DNA of 64,000 nucleotides from an uncultured Bacilli bacterium. Lineage in GTDB: Bacteria; Bacillota_I; Bacilli_A; RF39; UBA660. Location of the stretch: positions 119,833-183,832 of the forward strand of contig CAKPRZ010000001.1 of NCBI GenBank assembly GCA_934183165.1, written 5' to 3'. A program made the translations under genes and the position numbers. Positions 27,514 to 35,922 of the stretch are shown here, in pieces (position 1 is the stretch's first letter; each line of letters opens with the position of its first letter). The notes beneath the pieces were generated by a model. The model saw only the letters and a list, made by a program, of their open reading frames with translations, was not told the DNA's origin and searched no databases.

Positions 27514-28058
27514 AGAGCCACCACCGTTCCAAATTCAGTTGTTGAACCACCATTTAAGAAGTTATCTAATATAACTCTTAAATCATCATTAGTTGTTTGA
27601 CTAGCAACTAATCCACAACCAGATAATCCATTAATTAATAATCTTACTTTTTTCTGCATTATTTCAGGATTTTTTTCTTTAAATAAGATGTAATATTCTG
27701 TATCAACAACATTGTTATTCATGAAGCTATTACCTTTATTTATATCTTCCATTACTAGCTTTCTAATTGCATTTGATTGACTTTGGTTATATAAAAGTTG
27801 TAATTGTGATAGATAAACAGTAATATCTACTGGTCTATCCGCACATATTAACCAAAATTCGAAATCAAGCTGATTATAAAAGTTTTTTAATCCTGTCAAA
27901 ACATTTGCTTGCGATTGTTCATCTAATATGAATATATTACGAGGCATTATTTTAACGCCTGTAACATTCAACTTATTTTCTAGAATAATAACTCCATTAT
28001 TAATTGCTTTAACTGGAACCCAATCTTCTGTATATTTACTACTCATCGTCTTTGCCAT
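27510..28058 (-). CDS. VirB4 N-terminal-domain-like protein (separate ORF, translationally coupled to virB4)
   Basis: 182 aa. The sequence VKAINNGVIILENKLNVTGVKIMPRNIFILDEQSQANVLTGLKNFYNQLDFEFWLI resembles VirB4/TraC N-terminal regions. Stop/start overlap TCAT/ATGA with the next ORF. The 182 + 597 aa total approximates a full-length VirB4. Confidence 0.45.
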   Translation of the reverse strand: MAKTMSSKYTEDWVPVKAINNGVIILENKLNVTGVKIMPRNIFILDEQSQANVLTGLKNFYNQLDFEFWLICADRPVDITVYLSQLQLLYNQSQSNAIRKLVMEDINKGNSFMNNNVVDTEYYILFKEKNPEIMQKKVRLLINGLSGCGLVASQTTNDDLRVILDNFLNGGSTTEFGTVVAL

Positions 28059-28362
28059 TTAAACAACACCAACCTCTCCATATATATCTTCTTCTATCTA
28101 CAAAATAAAATTTGTATATGTTATTTATAACAACCATTATATTATGTTGATTCGGAACTGGTAAAACCAAAAATCCTGTGATTATTGCAGGAGATAAAAC
28201 TCCTATTGCTACTACTGCTTCACTGATATTACTTTGGAATATCAAAAGTAAGATTAATGTAGTAGCAACACCTGAACCAAATACAATCAAATCTATTGGT
28301 CTAAAAAAGCCAAATATAAGTTTTCCCCTTTTCGAGTTAGCGGGGATTAAATATCCATTCAT
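28039..28362 (-). CDS. VirB3/PrgI-like small two-TM protein
   Basis: 107 aa, two hydrophobic helices, positioned immediately upstream of virB4 as in Gram-positive T4SS loci; RBS GGAGTG. Confidence 0.4.
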   Translation of the reverse strand: MNGYLIPANSKRGKLIFGFFRPIDLIVFGSGVATTLILLLIFQSNISEAVVAIGVLSPAIITGFLVLPVPNQHNIMVVINNIYKFYFVDRRRYIWRGWCCLNGKDDE

Positions 28363-28379
28363 CTATTATCACACTCCAA

Positions 28380-30335
28380 TTATTTTCCTCTTTTGATAGC
28401 ATCTTTATTAGCTTTGTATCTTCTAGCTTTATCAGGACTAACCTTAGCTCTAACAGTAGCTCCTTGTTTTGTAAGATTATCAGAATGAGCTTTAGTAACA
28501 TCACTTGCATTTGCAACAACTGCAATCGAATTTCCGTCAGAAACAGCATCCATATTGGTTCTGTAATCCTCAAAAGCAGCATCAATTGTAGCATTACTGC
28601 CCAAGCTATAAGTTGATAAATATGTATCAGAAACAGCATCAGAAAGGGATTTATATATTGAACCGGCTGTAGTCATATCATAACTACTACCATTAAAACT
28701 AACAGTGGTTAAACCATTGCGAGCAGCATTTTCATATGCATCCTTAAACAAAGCATGTTGACCATTGCTAAAGCCCATTACATGTGATGCACCAGTGCTA
28801 TCTTTATAACCAACATTTCCGACATTCAAACTACGATTAATAAAGCCTTTATCCCTTGCTGTATCTCTAATGGTTTTCAAATTACCAGCTGCTGCGTTCA
28901 AGTTTTTTGCATCCTCTAAATCTCTATCAACACCACTTTGTATACCAAGCATATCTTGGCCACGTGCACCCATACGACCCAACCAAGTTGAACCAGCAGA
29001 AGCAGCAGTAACTTTTCGCTGATTTATAGCTGATTGAGACTGCATAGCACCTCCAATGCCTTTAAATGGATTGCCTTTTGCAGCTCCTTTTGCACCTTGA
29101 GCTGTTCCTCTAAATGCACCAGCAACACCACCACCAAGGCCTTTCATTGCACCCATAAATCCATTTTGACCAGCAGCCTTTGCTGAAGCAATACCACCAG
29201 CAACACCACCAGCAAAGCCAGTTACACCACCAGCAATTGCACCAGTAGCTGCTCCAAGTGCTTTCAAACCACCAAAGATTCCTCCACCACCAGAGTCCTT
29301 AATACCCATAGCGTCTTTTATAAACTTTGGTGCATCTTTAGCAAACTTAAACAAACCAATTGTTAAAAATATTATTAAGAAGCTTCTAGTCATAAAACTA
29401 GTATGAGCTTTTATCTGTGTCCCAAAAATACCATTCTCAGTAAATAAATTACCTATTAGTAGCATCAATAGATAAACCGTACCAACTTTTATAAAAACGT
29501 CTAAATACGTAGAAATATACATTTTTAACCAAGATGAGAATGCGCCATCCTTAGATGCTTTTGGATCTATATATGACATTATAGGAATTGGAGCTATCAT
29601 CTGCAACACCATAATTTTAAACACCCTTACTGCGACGTCAATAGCTATTCCTAATAAAATCACTACTAACATAATTCCAGCAACAGTGGTCAATGGCCAC
29701 ATATATTTATAATCAAATTTGCCAGAATCATTAATATTTATAGAATTTTCAAAAGTATCAAAATCAGAAATGGCTGCTTTTAATCCCGTTTCACAATTAG
29801 ATTTACTACTTTCACAATCAGTCTTATAATATAGGCTTCCCAGCATCATAAGTGCTATAGATTCACCATCACTACCACTATTCTTATTGACTTCATTACT
29901 ATCCACACCCAACACAACTTGTGGTAAGGTTTTTAATACACCTCTTTGTAAAACATTTAATAATGTTCCTTTACTACCACCCGGAACTGTTATTTCCTCA
30001 AAGAACAATATTGGTACAAAAATAATTAGTACTAGCATAACAATAGTTCTAGAGATTAATTTACCAACTCCCTTTTCTTTATCAGTCATAGCATCAGGAT
30101 TAACGATGTATTGAATAAATGAAAAAGTAAGTTTAAACACCATAAATATGGCTAATACAACATAAATTCTTCTATATATAGTATTTACGAAGGTTGGATT
30201 AGCAAACAAATCAGATAAATTCAAAATTCCTTCTAATGTCCATCCAATTAGTTTATAAATAACAGCATCTATAGCTGCAAAAAAAGGTCTTATAAGCTTA
30301 TTAAACCAATTTACGCTATCGAAAGTAAAAATCAT
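28380..30335 (-). CDS. VirB6/TrbL-like polytopic T4SS channel protein with a Gly-rich segment and a C-terminal soluble domain
   Basis: At least six TM helices in the first 330 aa. Gly/Ala-rich stretch GGGGIFGGLKALGAATGAIAGGVTGFAGGVAGGIASAKAAG, as in TrbL. About 230-aa hydrophilic C-terminus. Confidence 0.55.
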   Translation of the reverse strand: MIFTFDSVNWFNKLIRPFFAAIDAVIYKLIGWTLEGILNLSDLFANPTFVNTIYRRIYVVLAIFMVFKLTFSFIQYIVNPDAMTDKEKGVGKLISRTIVMLVLIIFVPILFFEEITVPGGSKGTLLNVLQRGVLKTLPQVVLGVDSNEVNKNSGSDGESIALMMLGSLYYKTDCESSKSNCETGLKAAISDFDTFENSININDSGKFDYKYMWPLTTVAGIMLVVILLGIAIDVAVRVFKIMVLQMIAPIPIMSYIDPKASKDGAFSSWLKMYISTYLDVFIKVGTVYLLMLLIGNLFTENGIFGTQIKAHTSFMTRSFLIIFLTIGLFKFAKDAPKFIKDAMGIKDSGGGGIFGGLKALGAATGAIAGGVTGFAGGVAGGIASAKAAGQNGFMGAMKGLGGGVAGAFRGTAQGAKGAAKGNPFKGIGGAMQSQSAINQRKVTAASAGSTWLGRMGARGQDMLGIQSGVDRDLEDAKNLNAAAGNLKTIRDTARDKGFINRSLNVGNVGYKDSTGASHVMGFSNGQHALFKDAYENAARNGLTTVSFNGSSYDMTTAGSIYKSLSDAVSDTYLSTYSLGSNATIDAAFEDYRTNMDAVSDGNSIAVVANASDVTKAHSDNLTKQGATVRAKVSPDKARRYKANKDAIKRGK

Positions 30336-31603
30336 TTAATTACCTCCTCGCAATTAGAAGCATTTTTATCAAAATAACTAGAATCAATCCAGTTAATCAT
30401 TACGCTAACTAAAAGAGGTATAAAGAATAATGCAACAGCAGCAACTGCACGCTTAATTGCTTTAGATGTTGCTTTTTTCATAGCATCTTGATCTTGTGAA
30501 ATAACAGCTTGTCCAAAGTCTACAGACATTAATATAATCAATAATATAGGTGCACCTATTCTTACCCATTTTAAGACAAGTTGAATTACTGCTTTTAAAT
30601 CTTCATCTATTAAGTGACCACAATTAATAACAGTTGTCCCAGGATTATAAGCAGTAATAGTTGCTGATTTTGTAATATTCTTATAAAGATTTTTGGCACT
30701 TGTAGCATTTCTTGTAGCTTCCTTTTTTTGTTCCTTTGTTAATTCAGTAGATGTATTTACAATTTGTTGATAATGATTAAGTGCTTCATTTAATTGATTA
30801 AGTTTCTGTTGTGTTTTTTCATTATTATTATCGACTAAAAAAGCACAATACTTAGGATAATTTTGGTCTCCTATTTTTGTATAGTAATTACTTGCAATAG
30901 TATTATACATAGCATTGATTTTTGCTATTTCTATTGCTGCTGATGTACCATTAACATTGTTTTTTTTAGACAATTGATCTATACTAGTATTAATTTTTTT
31001 TGAAATATCCTTATTATTAGAATCCTTAACAGTATATCTTAATTCAAAATTACCATTATTTACTACGTTTAATAAATTAGAACCTCCAGCAGAGCATGAT
31101 TTTAATGTTTTATCATCACCAATTTCTAAGGGAGTATATATTTTTGCTTTATATTTATTATCAGACATTTTTACACTTGCATCAGAAACATTAAAATAGA
31201 CTTCCCCGTCTGCTCTATGATTTGTAGCTACTGAAAAAGTAGAATTGTTATCCCTATTTAAGTAAAGCTTAGAAGGACAATAAAATGTTTTTACACTACT
31301 ATCATAAACAGTTAAAGAAGAAGGCGAATCATGACATTCACCCCTAGTGAAAGGCATGTTTATAGCATCCGAATGTAAATATCCTAAAGAACATGCCGCA
31401 ACAGCCTCACCATTATCATAAAGCCATAACGATAACACTTTACCATTATCATACTGATATATTTCCCACTTTGTATCAGACATAGGAATAGCAGTTTTAT
31501 ATACACACTCACCCACTTTAGTTTTAGCAAACACCTCTTTATTAAAAGCTAAAAAGCTAACCATAAATACAAAAATCAACACCAAAGCTTTCTTTAATTT
31601 CAT
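30332..31603 (-). CDS. Secreted protein with C-terminal two-TM VirB2/pilin-like membrane domain (paralogous to 32915..33277)
   Basis: Signal peptide (AFNKEVFA), about 330-aa extracytoplasmic region. C-terminus: LKWVRIGAPILLIILMSVDFGQAVISQDQDAMKKATSKAIKRAVAAVALFFIPLLVSVMINW, which aligns with the 120-aa ORF. Confidence 0.55.
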   Translation of the reverse strand: MKLKKALVLIFVFMVSFLAFNKEVFAKTKVGECVYKTAIPMSDTKWEIYQYDNGKVLSLWLYDNGEAVAACSLGYLHSDAINMPFTRGECHDSPSSLTVYDSSVKTFYCPSKLYLNRDNNSTFSVATNHRADGEVYFNVSDASVKMSDNKYKAKIYTPLEIGDDKTLKSCSAGGSNLLNVVNNGNFELRYTVKDSNNKDISKKINTSIDQLSKKNNVNGTSAAIEIAKINAMYNTIASNYYTKIGDQNYPKYCAFLVDNNNEKTQQKLNQLNEALNHYQQIVNTSTELTKEQKKEATRNATSAKNLYKNITKSATITAYNPGTTVINCGHLIDEDLKAVIQLVLKWVRIGAPILLIILMSVDFGQAVISQDQDAMKKATSKAIKRAVAAVALFFIPLLVSVMINWIDSSYFDKNASNCEEVIK

Positions 31604-31652
31604 AAAAAACCTCTCCCAACTATTTATCTACTAATATCAGTATAACATAAAA

Positions 31653-31686
31653 ATAACAATAGAAAAAGTAATTTCTATTGTTATTT
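31653..31686 (-). terminator. Intra-cluster hairpin (possible attenuator or partial terminator)
   Basis: aataacaatagaaa-aagtaa-tttctattgttatt, then a T-rich tract on the minus strand, lying between the 32823..31696 gene and the 31603 gene. Confidence 0.35.
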
Positions 31687-31695
31687 TATGTTTTA

Positions 31696-32823
31696 TTATT
31701 TAATTAAATATGGATCAGTTTCAGTACCAGTTCCACCAGCAAATATTACATTCTTGTTAAGATTAGTAACTAGTCTAGCTGTTTTTAAACTTGATAATTT
31801 TGATGATGTAGAATTATTATAAATACCATAACCTATATAACTTTTTTCTGATGAAGTTGTTAATAACCAAAAACTTCTATTATACTTTAATAAATAATTA
31901 TAATTACTACAATTATAACTATCCAACCTTTTACAATTAGTATCTAAACTTGCATTAATAAAATCATATACAGTCAACAAACTAAGAGGTTCATTTTGCA
32001 ATATATTTCTACATTCTACACTGCCATCGTTCTTTGTCTCACTTAATTTTCTACTTCCAACGCAAATATCTTTAAAAACTATTTTTTCTTTTACTATATC
32101 AGAAAGTGTACTTGAATTATAATAGTCAGAAATATTTCTTCTAATAATACTCTTATAATAATCATTTATACCAGCATTTTCATTCTTAGTATTATTATAT
32201 CTATCATCCCAAACACTACTTAATCTAGTCTTTTTGTCATTTTCTTGTATAATTTCTAAACTGTAATCACTATTAATTTTTACTATACGCCACAAAAATT
32301 CATCTAATTTTATAAAATTATTAACATAATCTCCTCTAAATACATAAACAGTTTCTTTCCCTTTAGTTTTAGTCGAGTATTGTTCTTTTTTATATAAGCC
32401 ATCATCCTTTGATACTACCTTACTGATTAATTCTTCATACAAATAAGTAGTAGTATATTTATCACCACAATTTAAATATGGTGAATAATTGTAATAATCT
32501 CCCGATTTAGTAACAATTACTTTACCACTACATGCTACATTCTTATCTTTCTGGTATTTGGATAAATCTTTAATATAACCTTCTTCTTTTAATAAAGAAG
32601 CATCAACCTCAACTTCATCATTATCATTAAGTGGCAATGCATCTTTTTTGTTTGCATAATATTTTCTTGCACCAGAAACCAATTTAGATTCTATTTCTGA
32701 ATAACTTAATGAACTGTTTTTAATCATTCCAACAATCAATACTATTATAACTATCAATATAATTGCACCAATACCAATTCCAAAACTTATAAGCATTTTT
32801 TTTGCTTTTTCATCAATCTGCAT
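31696..32823 (-). CDS. Bitopic T4SS-associated protein (N-terminal TM, about 340-aa external domain); candidate VirB8/TcpC-position component
   Basis: The start moves to the ATG at 32823, 6 nt after GGAGG (MQIDEK...). Single TM ISFGIGIGAIILIVIIVLIVGMI. No recognisable catalytic motif. C-terminal GGTGTETDPYLIK. Confidence 0.4.
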   Translation of the reverse strand: MQIDEKAKKMLISFGIGIGAIILIVIIVLIVGMIKNSSLSYSEIESKLVSGARKYYANKKDALPLNDNDEVEVDASLLKEEGYIKDLSKYQKDKNVACSGKVIVTKSGDYYNYSPYLNCGDKYTTTYLYEELISKVVSKDDGLYKKEQYSTKTKGKETVYVFRGDYVNNFIKLDEFLWRIVKINSDYSLEIIQENDKKTRLSSVWDDRYNNTKNENAGINDYYKSIIRRNISDYYNSSTLSDIVKEKIVFKDICVGSRKLSETKNDGSVECRNILQNEPLSLLTVYDFINASLDTNCKRLDSYNCSNYNYLLKYNRSFWLLTTSSEKSYIGYGIYNNSTSSKLSSLKTARLVTNLNKNVIFAGGTGTETDPYLIK

Positions 32824-32914
32824 GTTAACCTCCATAATTATTATCAATAATTATATGATATCTCAAGTTTTATGTTTAATCAAGAAATATTAAAAAAAAA
32901 AGACTAATGAAATT

Positions 32915-33277
32915 TTATGAGTCCTCATTAGCATCATTCCAACAAGCAAGCCAGTTGTTGTTACCTCTTTCTTGTCCTTCACCAGCTTCCGCGTTAGAAT
33001 CACCTGTTTTACCAAGCCAACTGAATACGACAGTAACAAGAGTAGTAACAAAGAATACAGCTACTGCCATAATTGCTCTTTTAATTAATTTACCTGTTGC
33101 TCCTTTAATTTCTTTATCATCTTGTGACATAACAGCTTTACCTAAGTCAATAGTTCCAAACAAAATCAAAAGAATTGGAATACCTATTTGAATTACAGGA
33201 AAAACACCTTTTCTTATAAACTTAACTACTGGTAAAAGCCCCCCACAGTTATCCATAATTTGAAATAAATCTAACAT
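32915..33277 (-). CDS. Small two-TM VirB2/TrbC-like (pilin-topology) T4SS protein
   Basis: 120 aa with two helices separated by a short loop: GIPILLILFGTIDLGKAVMSQDDKEIKGATGKLIKRAIMAVAVFFVTTLVTVVFSWL. Homologous to the C-terminus of 30332..31603. RBS GGAGGAA. Confidence 0.45.
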   Translation of the reverse strand: MLDLFQIMDNCGGLLPVVKFIRKGVFPVIQIGIPILLILFGTIDLGKAVMSQDDKEIKGATGKLIKRAIMAVAVFFVTTLVTVVFSWLGKTGDSNAEAGEGQERGNNNWLACWNDANEDS

Positions 33278-33347
33278 TTTTAATTCCTCCTAAATCTACA
33301 ATAAATATATCAATATTTAACATTAATGTCAATATTTATTGAGTACA

Positions 33348-34310
33348 TTATTTTCTCCTAACAAGACCTAATCTTGCTAAAAGGTTTATTATGCTATCTT
33401 GTCTACTACGATCATCAAAAGGTGGTATAACATCAAATAATCTTGAACCACATTCTTTTTCAAATTCTCTAATATCACTTTTAGTTAAACAACATTTATT
33501 CAAAACAATCTTTTTTCCAGCTATTCTTGAAAAAATCATCCTGTTTTTCATCATAAGTTTATTCATCTTTATTAATGATGGTTCAACTAAATATAATACA
33601 TCAGTACATAAATCTGGTTCAGCATCATTCAAATCAACTAATACTACCTGTGAATTTATTTTTAATAATAAACCAGATAATCCAGTTTTATTAGTTGATA
33701 GCATTTCTTTATCATTAAAGTATAAAAAATCTTTTTTATTAACTTCAACTGCAGTTGCACTTATTTTCTGATTATTAACAAGTTCTTTATACAACATATA
33801 AGTAAGTGTTGTAGCACCTGCTCCTTCAGTAACATTTTTTATACCTATTACTATTTTCATTTGTCCAGAATTACCTGTATTACTTGGTGCATTGCCTTGC
33901 ATTACCGGTACTACTGGAGGTGGTGCAGCATCTATTTGATGAAGATGTGCAACATCTTTATATGAATTAGGGTGTTGTAGTAAATATAAAACTCCTTCCG
34001 AGTTAGTAGTAAAGTTATAAAATCCCATTGAGATTAATTTAGATAAAAAATAACTACTAGCCACCTCTGTTGAGGAAGGAATAATTAATATTATTTTATC
34101 AACAGGTAATCCAATTGATAATTTTTGATAAGTTAAAATATTAGTATAGTCTTTTAATGCTGTAACATCGATAATCATGCGTGAAAAAAAGAAGTTAGAA
34201 AAATTAGCTATAATCTGTTCAACATCAAATTCACCATGAATAGATTTTATAACTTCAACATTTAAACTATTGGTAATATTATCCTGTTGATTAGATATTA
34301 TAACATTCAT
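33348..34310 (-). CDS. TadZ/CpaE-like protein: N-terminal pseudo-receiver-like domain plus MinD/ParA-fold domain with a degenerate Walker A
   Basis: The C-terminal domain begins KIVIGIKNVTEGAGATTLTYML in place of the deviant Walker A KGGxGKTT, so the P-loop lysine is lost. Compare the canonical TSMKGGVGKTTT in the locus-2 homolog at 52638..53429. Confidence 0.5.
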   Translation of the reverse strand: MNVIISNQQDNITNSLNVEVIKSIHGEFDVEQIIANFSNFFFSRMIIDVTALKDYTNILTYQKLSIGLPVDKIILIIPSSTEVASSYFLSKLISMGFYNFTTNSEGVLYLLQHPNSYKDVAHLHQIDAAPPPVVPVMQGNAPSNTGNSGQMKIVIGIKNVTEGAGATTLTYMLYKELVNNQKISATAVEVNKKDFLYFNDKEMLSTNKTGLSGLLLKINSQVVLVDLNDAEPDLCTDVLYLVEPSLIKMNKLMMKNRMIFSRIAGKKIVLNKCCLTKSDIREFEKECGSRLFDVIPPFDDRSRQDSIINLLARLGLVRRK

Positions 34311-34334
34311 TTTCTTCCCTCTTTCTTCTTTTTA

Positions 34335-34811
34335 TTAAGGTGCTACTGCACCACCAACTAATACATTAGAATAAGTGTCCTCGCCACTATATCCATTATT
34401 GCAGTTTGCTATTCCAAGACCTCCAAGATCTTTTACATAGTTTCCCGTTTCAATCGTTTTTGTCTCGCCACTAACAGGAATTTTAGGGTTAAATGCTTTA
34501 CCAAATATATTTCTATCCATTTGCATATAAACAATAACTTTTACAGTGAACCCGATTCGTTCACTACCTCTATAAACCTCTTTGTAGCAAGCTTTGATAT
34601 CTCTTCCACTATATACGCTGCCCTTACCGACCATGTAATTAGCAAGTGTGTCTTTATCTACGCCCTCATTCTGTTCGATATAATTAATCATATCATTTTT
34701 TAATCTAAAAGTTTGCCCATAGCTTATGAAAAAGGCTACCATAATAATAAATATTAATATTATTCCGGCAGCTAAACCCATAAGTAAGGCTCCACCCGTG
34801 GCCTCTTTCAT
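34335..34811 (-). CDS. Pilin-like / TadE-TadF-like pseudopilin with MKEATGG leader
   Basis: N-terminus MKEATGGALLMGLAAGIILIFIIMVAFFI (short polar leader plus hydrophobic helix), 158 aa. Shares its first 6 residues with the adjacent 61-aa pilin candidate. Confidence 0.45.
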   Translation of the reverse strand: MKEATGGALLMGLAAGIILIFIIMVAFFISYGQTFRLKNDMINYIEQNEGVDKDTLANYMVGKGSVYSGRDIKACYKEVYRGSERIGFTVKVIVYMQMDRNIFGKAFNPKIPVSGETKTIETGNYVKDLGGLGIANCNNGYSGEDTYSNVLVGGAVAP

Positions 34812-34826
34812 CTTATCACCTTTTAA

Positions 34827-35012
34827 TTACTTAATTAAACTATAATCAATATATGTAGTACTTCCAATATTTCTAACTTCAATATTATTAACTTCTTTTT
34901 GAATTTTGTTGTTAATTAAAGGCCATATAACTGTTGTTCCTAAAGCTAAAACAGCTATAATACCTACAATAACAACGATAGTCATTGTCATATCTCCAGT
35001 CGCTTCTTTCAT
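34827..35012 (-). CDS. Flp-type major pilin candidate (61 aa)
   Basis: MKEATGDMTMTIVVIVGIIAVLALGTT..: pilin size and topology, strong RBS AAGGGAGAG, preceded by a 120-nt intergenic region. Confidence 0.45.
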   Translation of the reverse strand: MKEATGDMTMTIVVIVGIIAVLALGTTVIWPLINNKIQKEVNNIEVRNIGSTTYIDYSLIK

Positions 35013-35133
35013 AAAATATTACTCTCCCTTCTACTATTACATTATTATTATAACCAAATTTTTTTTATTTTACAATAGTTTTGTGTTAACTTTACACTAT
35101 TAAAAAAGTGAACATTACAGTCCACATTAATAA

Positions 35134-35922
35134 TTAAAAACTAAACATAAATAACATTGAGAACATAAGTACAAGTAACATACCTCCACCAGTTACAACT
35201 AGCATTATCATAGTTCTTCTTTCCATCCAATCAAGTCTGGATTTATACTTAACTTCTCTTGCTTTATTTTGAAGTGATGAAACTGATTTAGAAAAAAGTA
35301 CTAATTGTTGATGTTTATTCTCTTGTGCTCCTAAACTAAGTCTATATAAAAGTCTCATCATACGCATTGAATCTTTTACTGGATATTCAATAGCAAAATC
35401 CATATATGGTTGAATTGATGAATCACCTGCATCTATTTTAGCAACCATCTCTCTTAACCCTTTTTTAAATATTTCTGGAGCTTCTTCAATAGATCTTGAT
35501 AACGCTACTGGAACAGTATAATTTTGACAAAGAATTTCAAGTCCCTTTAAATAATATGGTAACATTTGATCTACTTTTTGCATCTCTTGTTTATAATATT
35601 TTTTTAAGGAAAAATATGGAATTTTATATACTATAAAAGTACCACCTAATATTTTTAAAATACTCCATACACTCATATTAGTTATATAAAATAATGTCAT
35701 TAAAAGAAGAACATATCCTGAAAGTCTTATTCTTTTACTATATAAAATATTAGGATCAGCATCAGATCCATATTTAGCATTAACTAAGAAATTATAATCT
35801 TTTTCTCTTAAATAGTTAACACTTGAGTCACTTGATATAATAAATTTTTGTAATGTTGTTTTATTATTATAAACAACTATAAATAATATTAAACCTAATA
35901 CAATAAAAATTTCTATATTCAT
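35134..35922 (-). CDS. tadC: TadC-like inner-membrane platform protein (GspF/T2SSF family)
   Basis: Polytopic 262-aa protein; start overlaps the stop of the upstream TadB-like gene; position and size as in tad loci. Confidence 0.55.
   Translation of the reverse strand: MNIEIFIVLGLILFIVVYNNKTTLQKFIISSDSSVNYLREKDYNFLVNAKYGSDADPNILYSKRIRLSGYVLLLMTLFYITNMSVWSILKILGGTFIVYKIPYFSLKKYYKQEMQKVDQMLPYYLKGLEILCQNYTVPVALSRSIEEAPEIFKKGLREMVAKIDAGDSSIQPYMDFAIEYPVKDSMRMMRLLYRLSLGAQENKHQQLVLFSKSVSSLQNKAREVKYKSRLDWMERRTMIMLVVTGGGMLLVLMFSMLFMFSF

Noticed and set aside
28337-28639. 100-aa minus-strand ORF overlapping the 3' end of the VirB6-like gene
   Set aside because: It is out of frame inside a longer, better-supported ORF, and Leu/Gln/Ile-rich low complexity. 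It is spurious.
33391-33771. 126-aa plus-strand ORF
   Set aside because: It is antisense to the TadZ-like gene, with no RBS and no recognisable domain.
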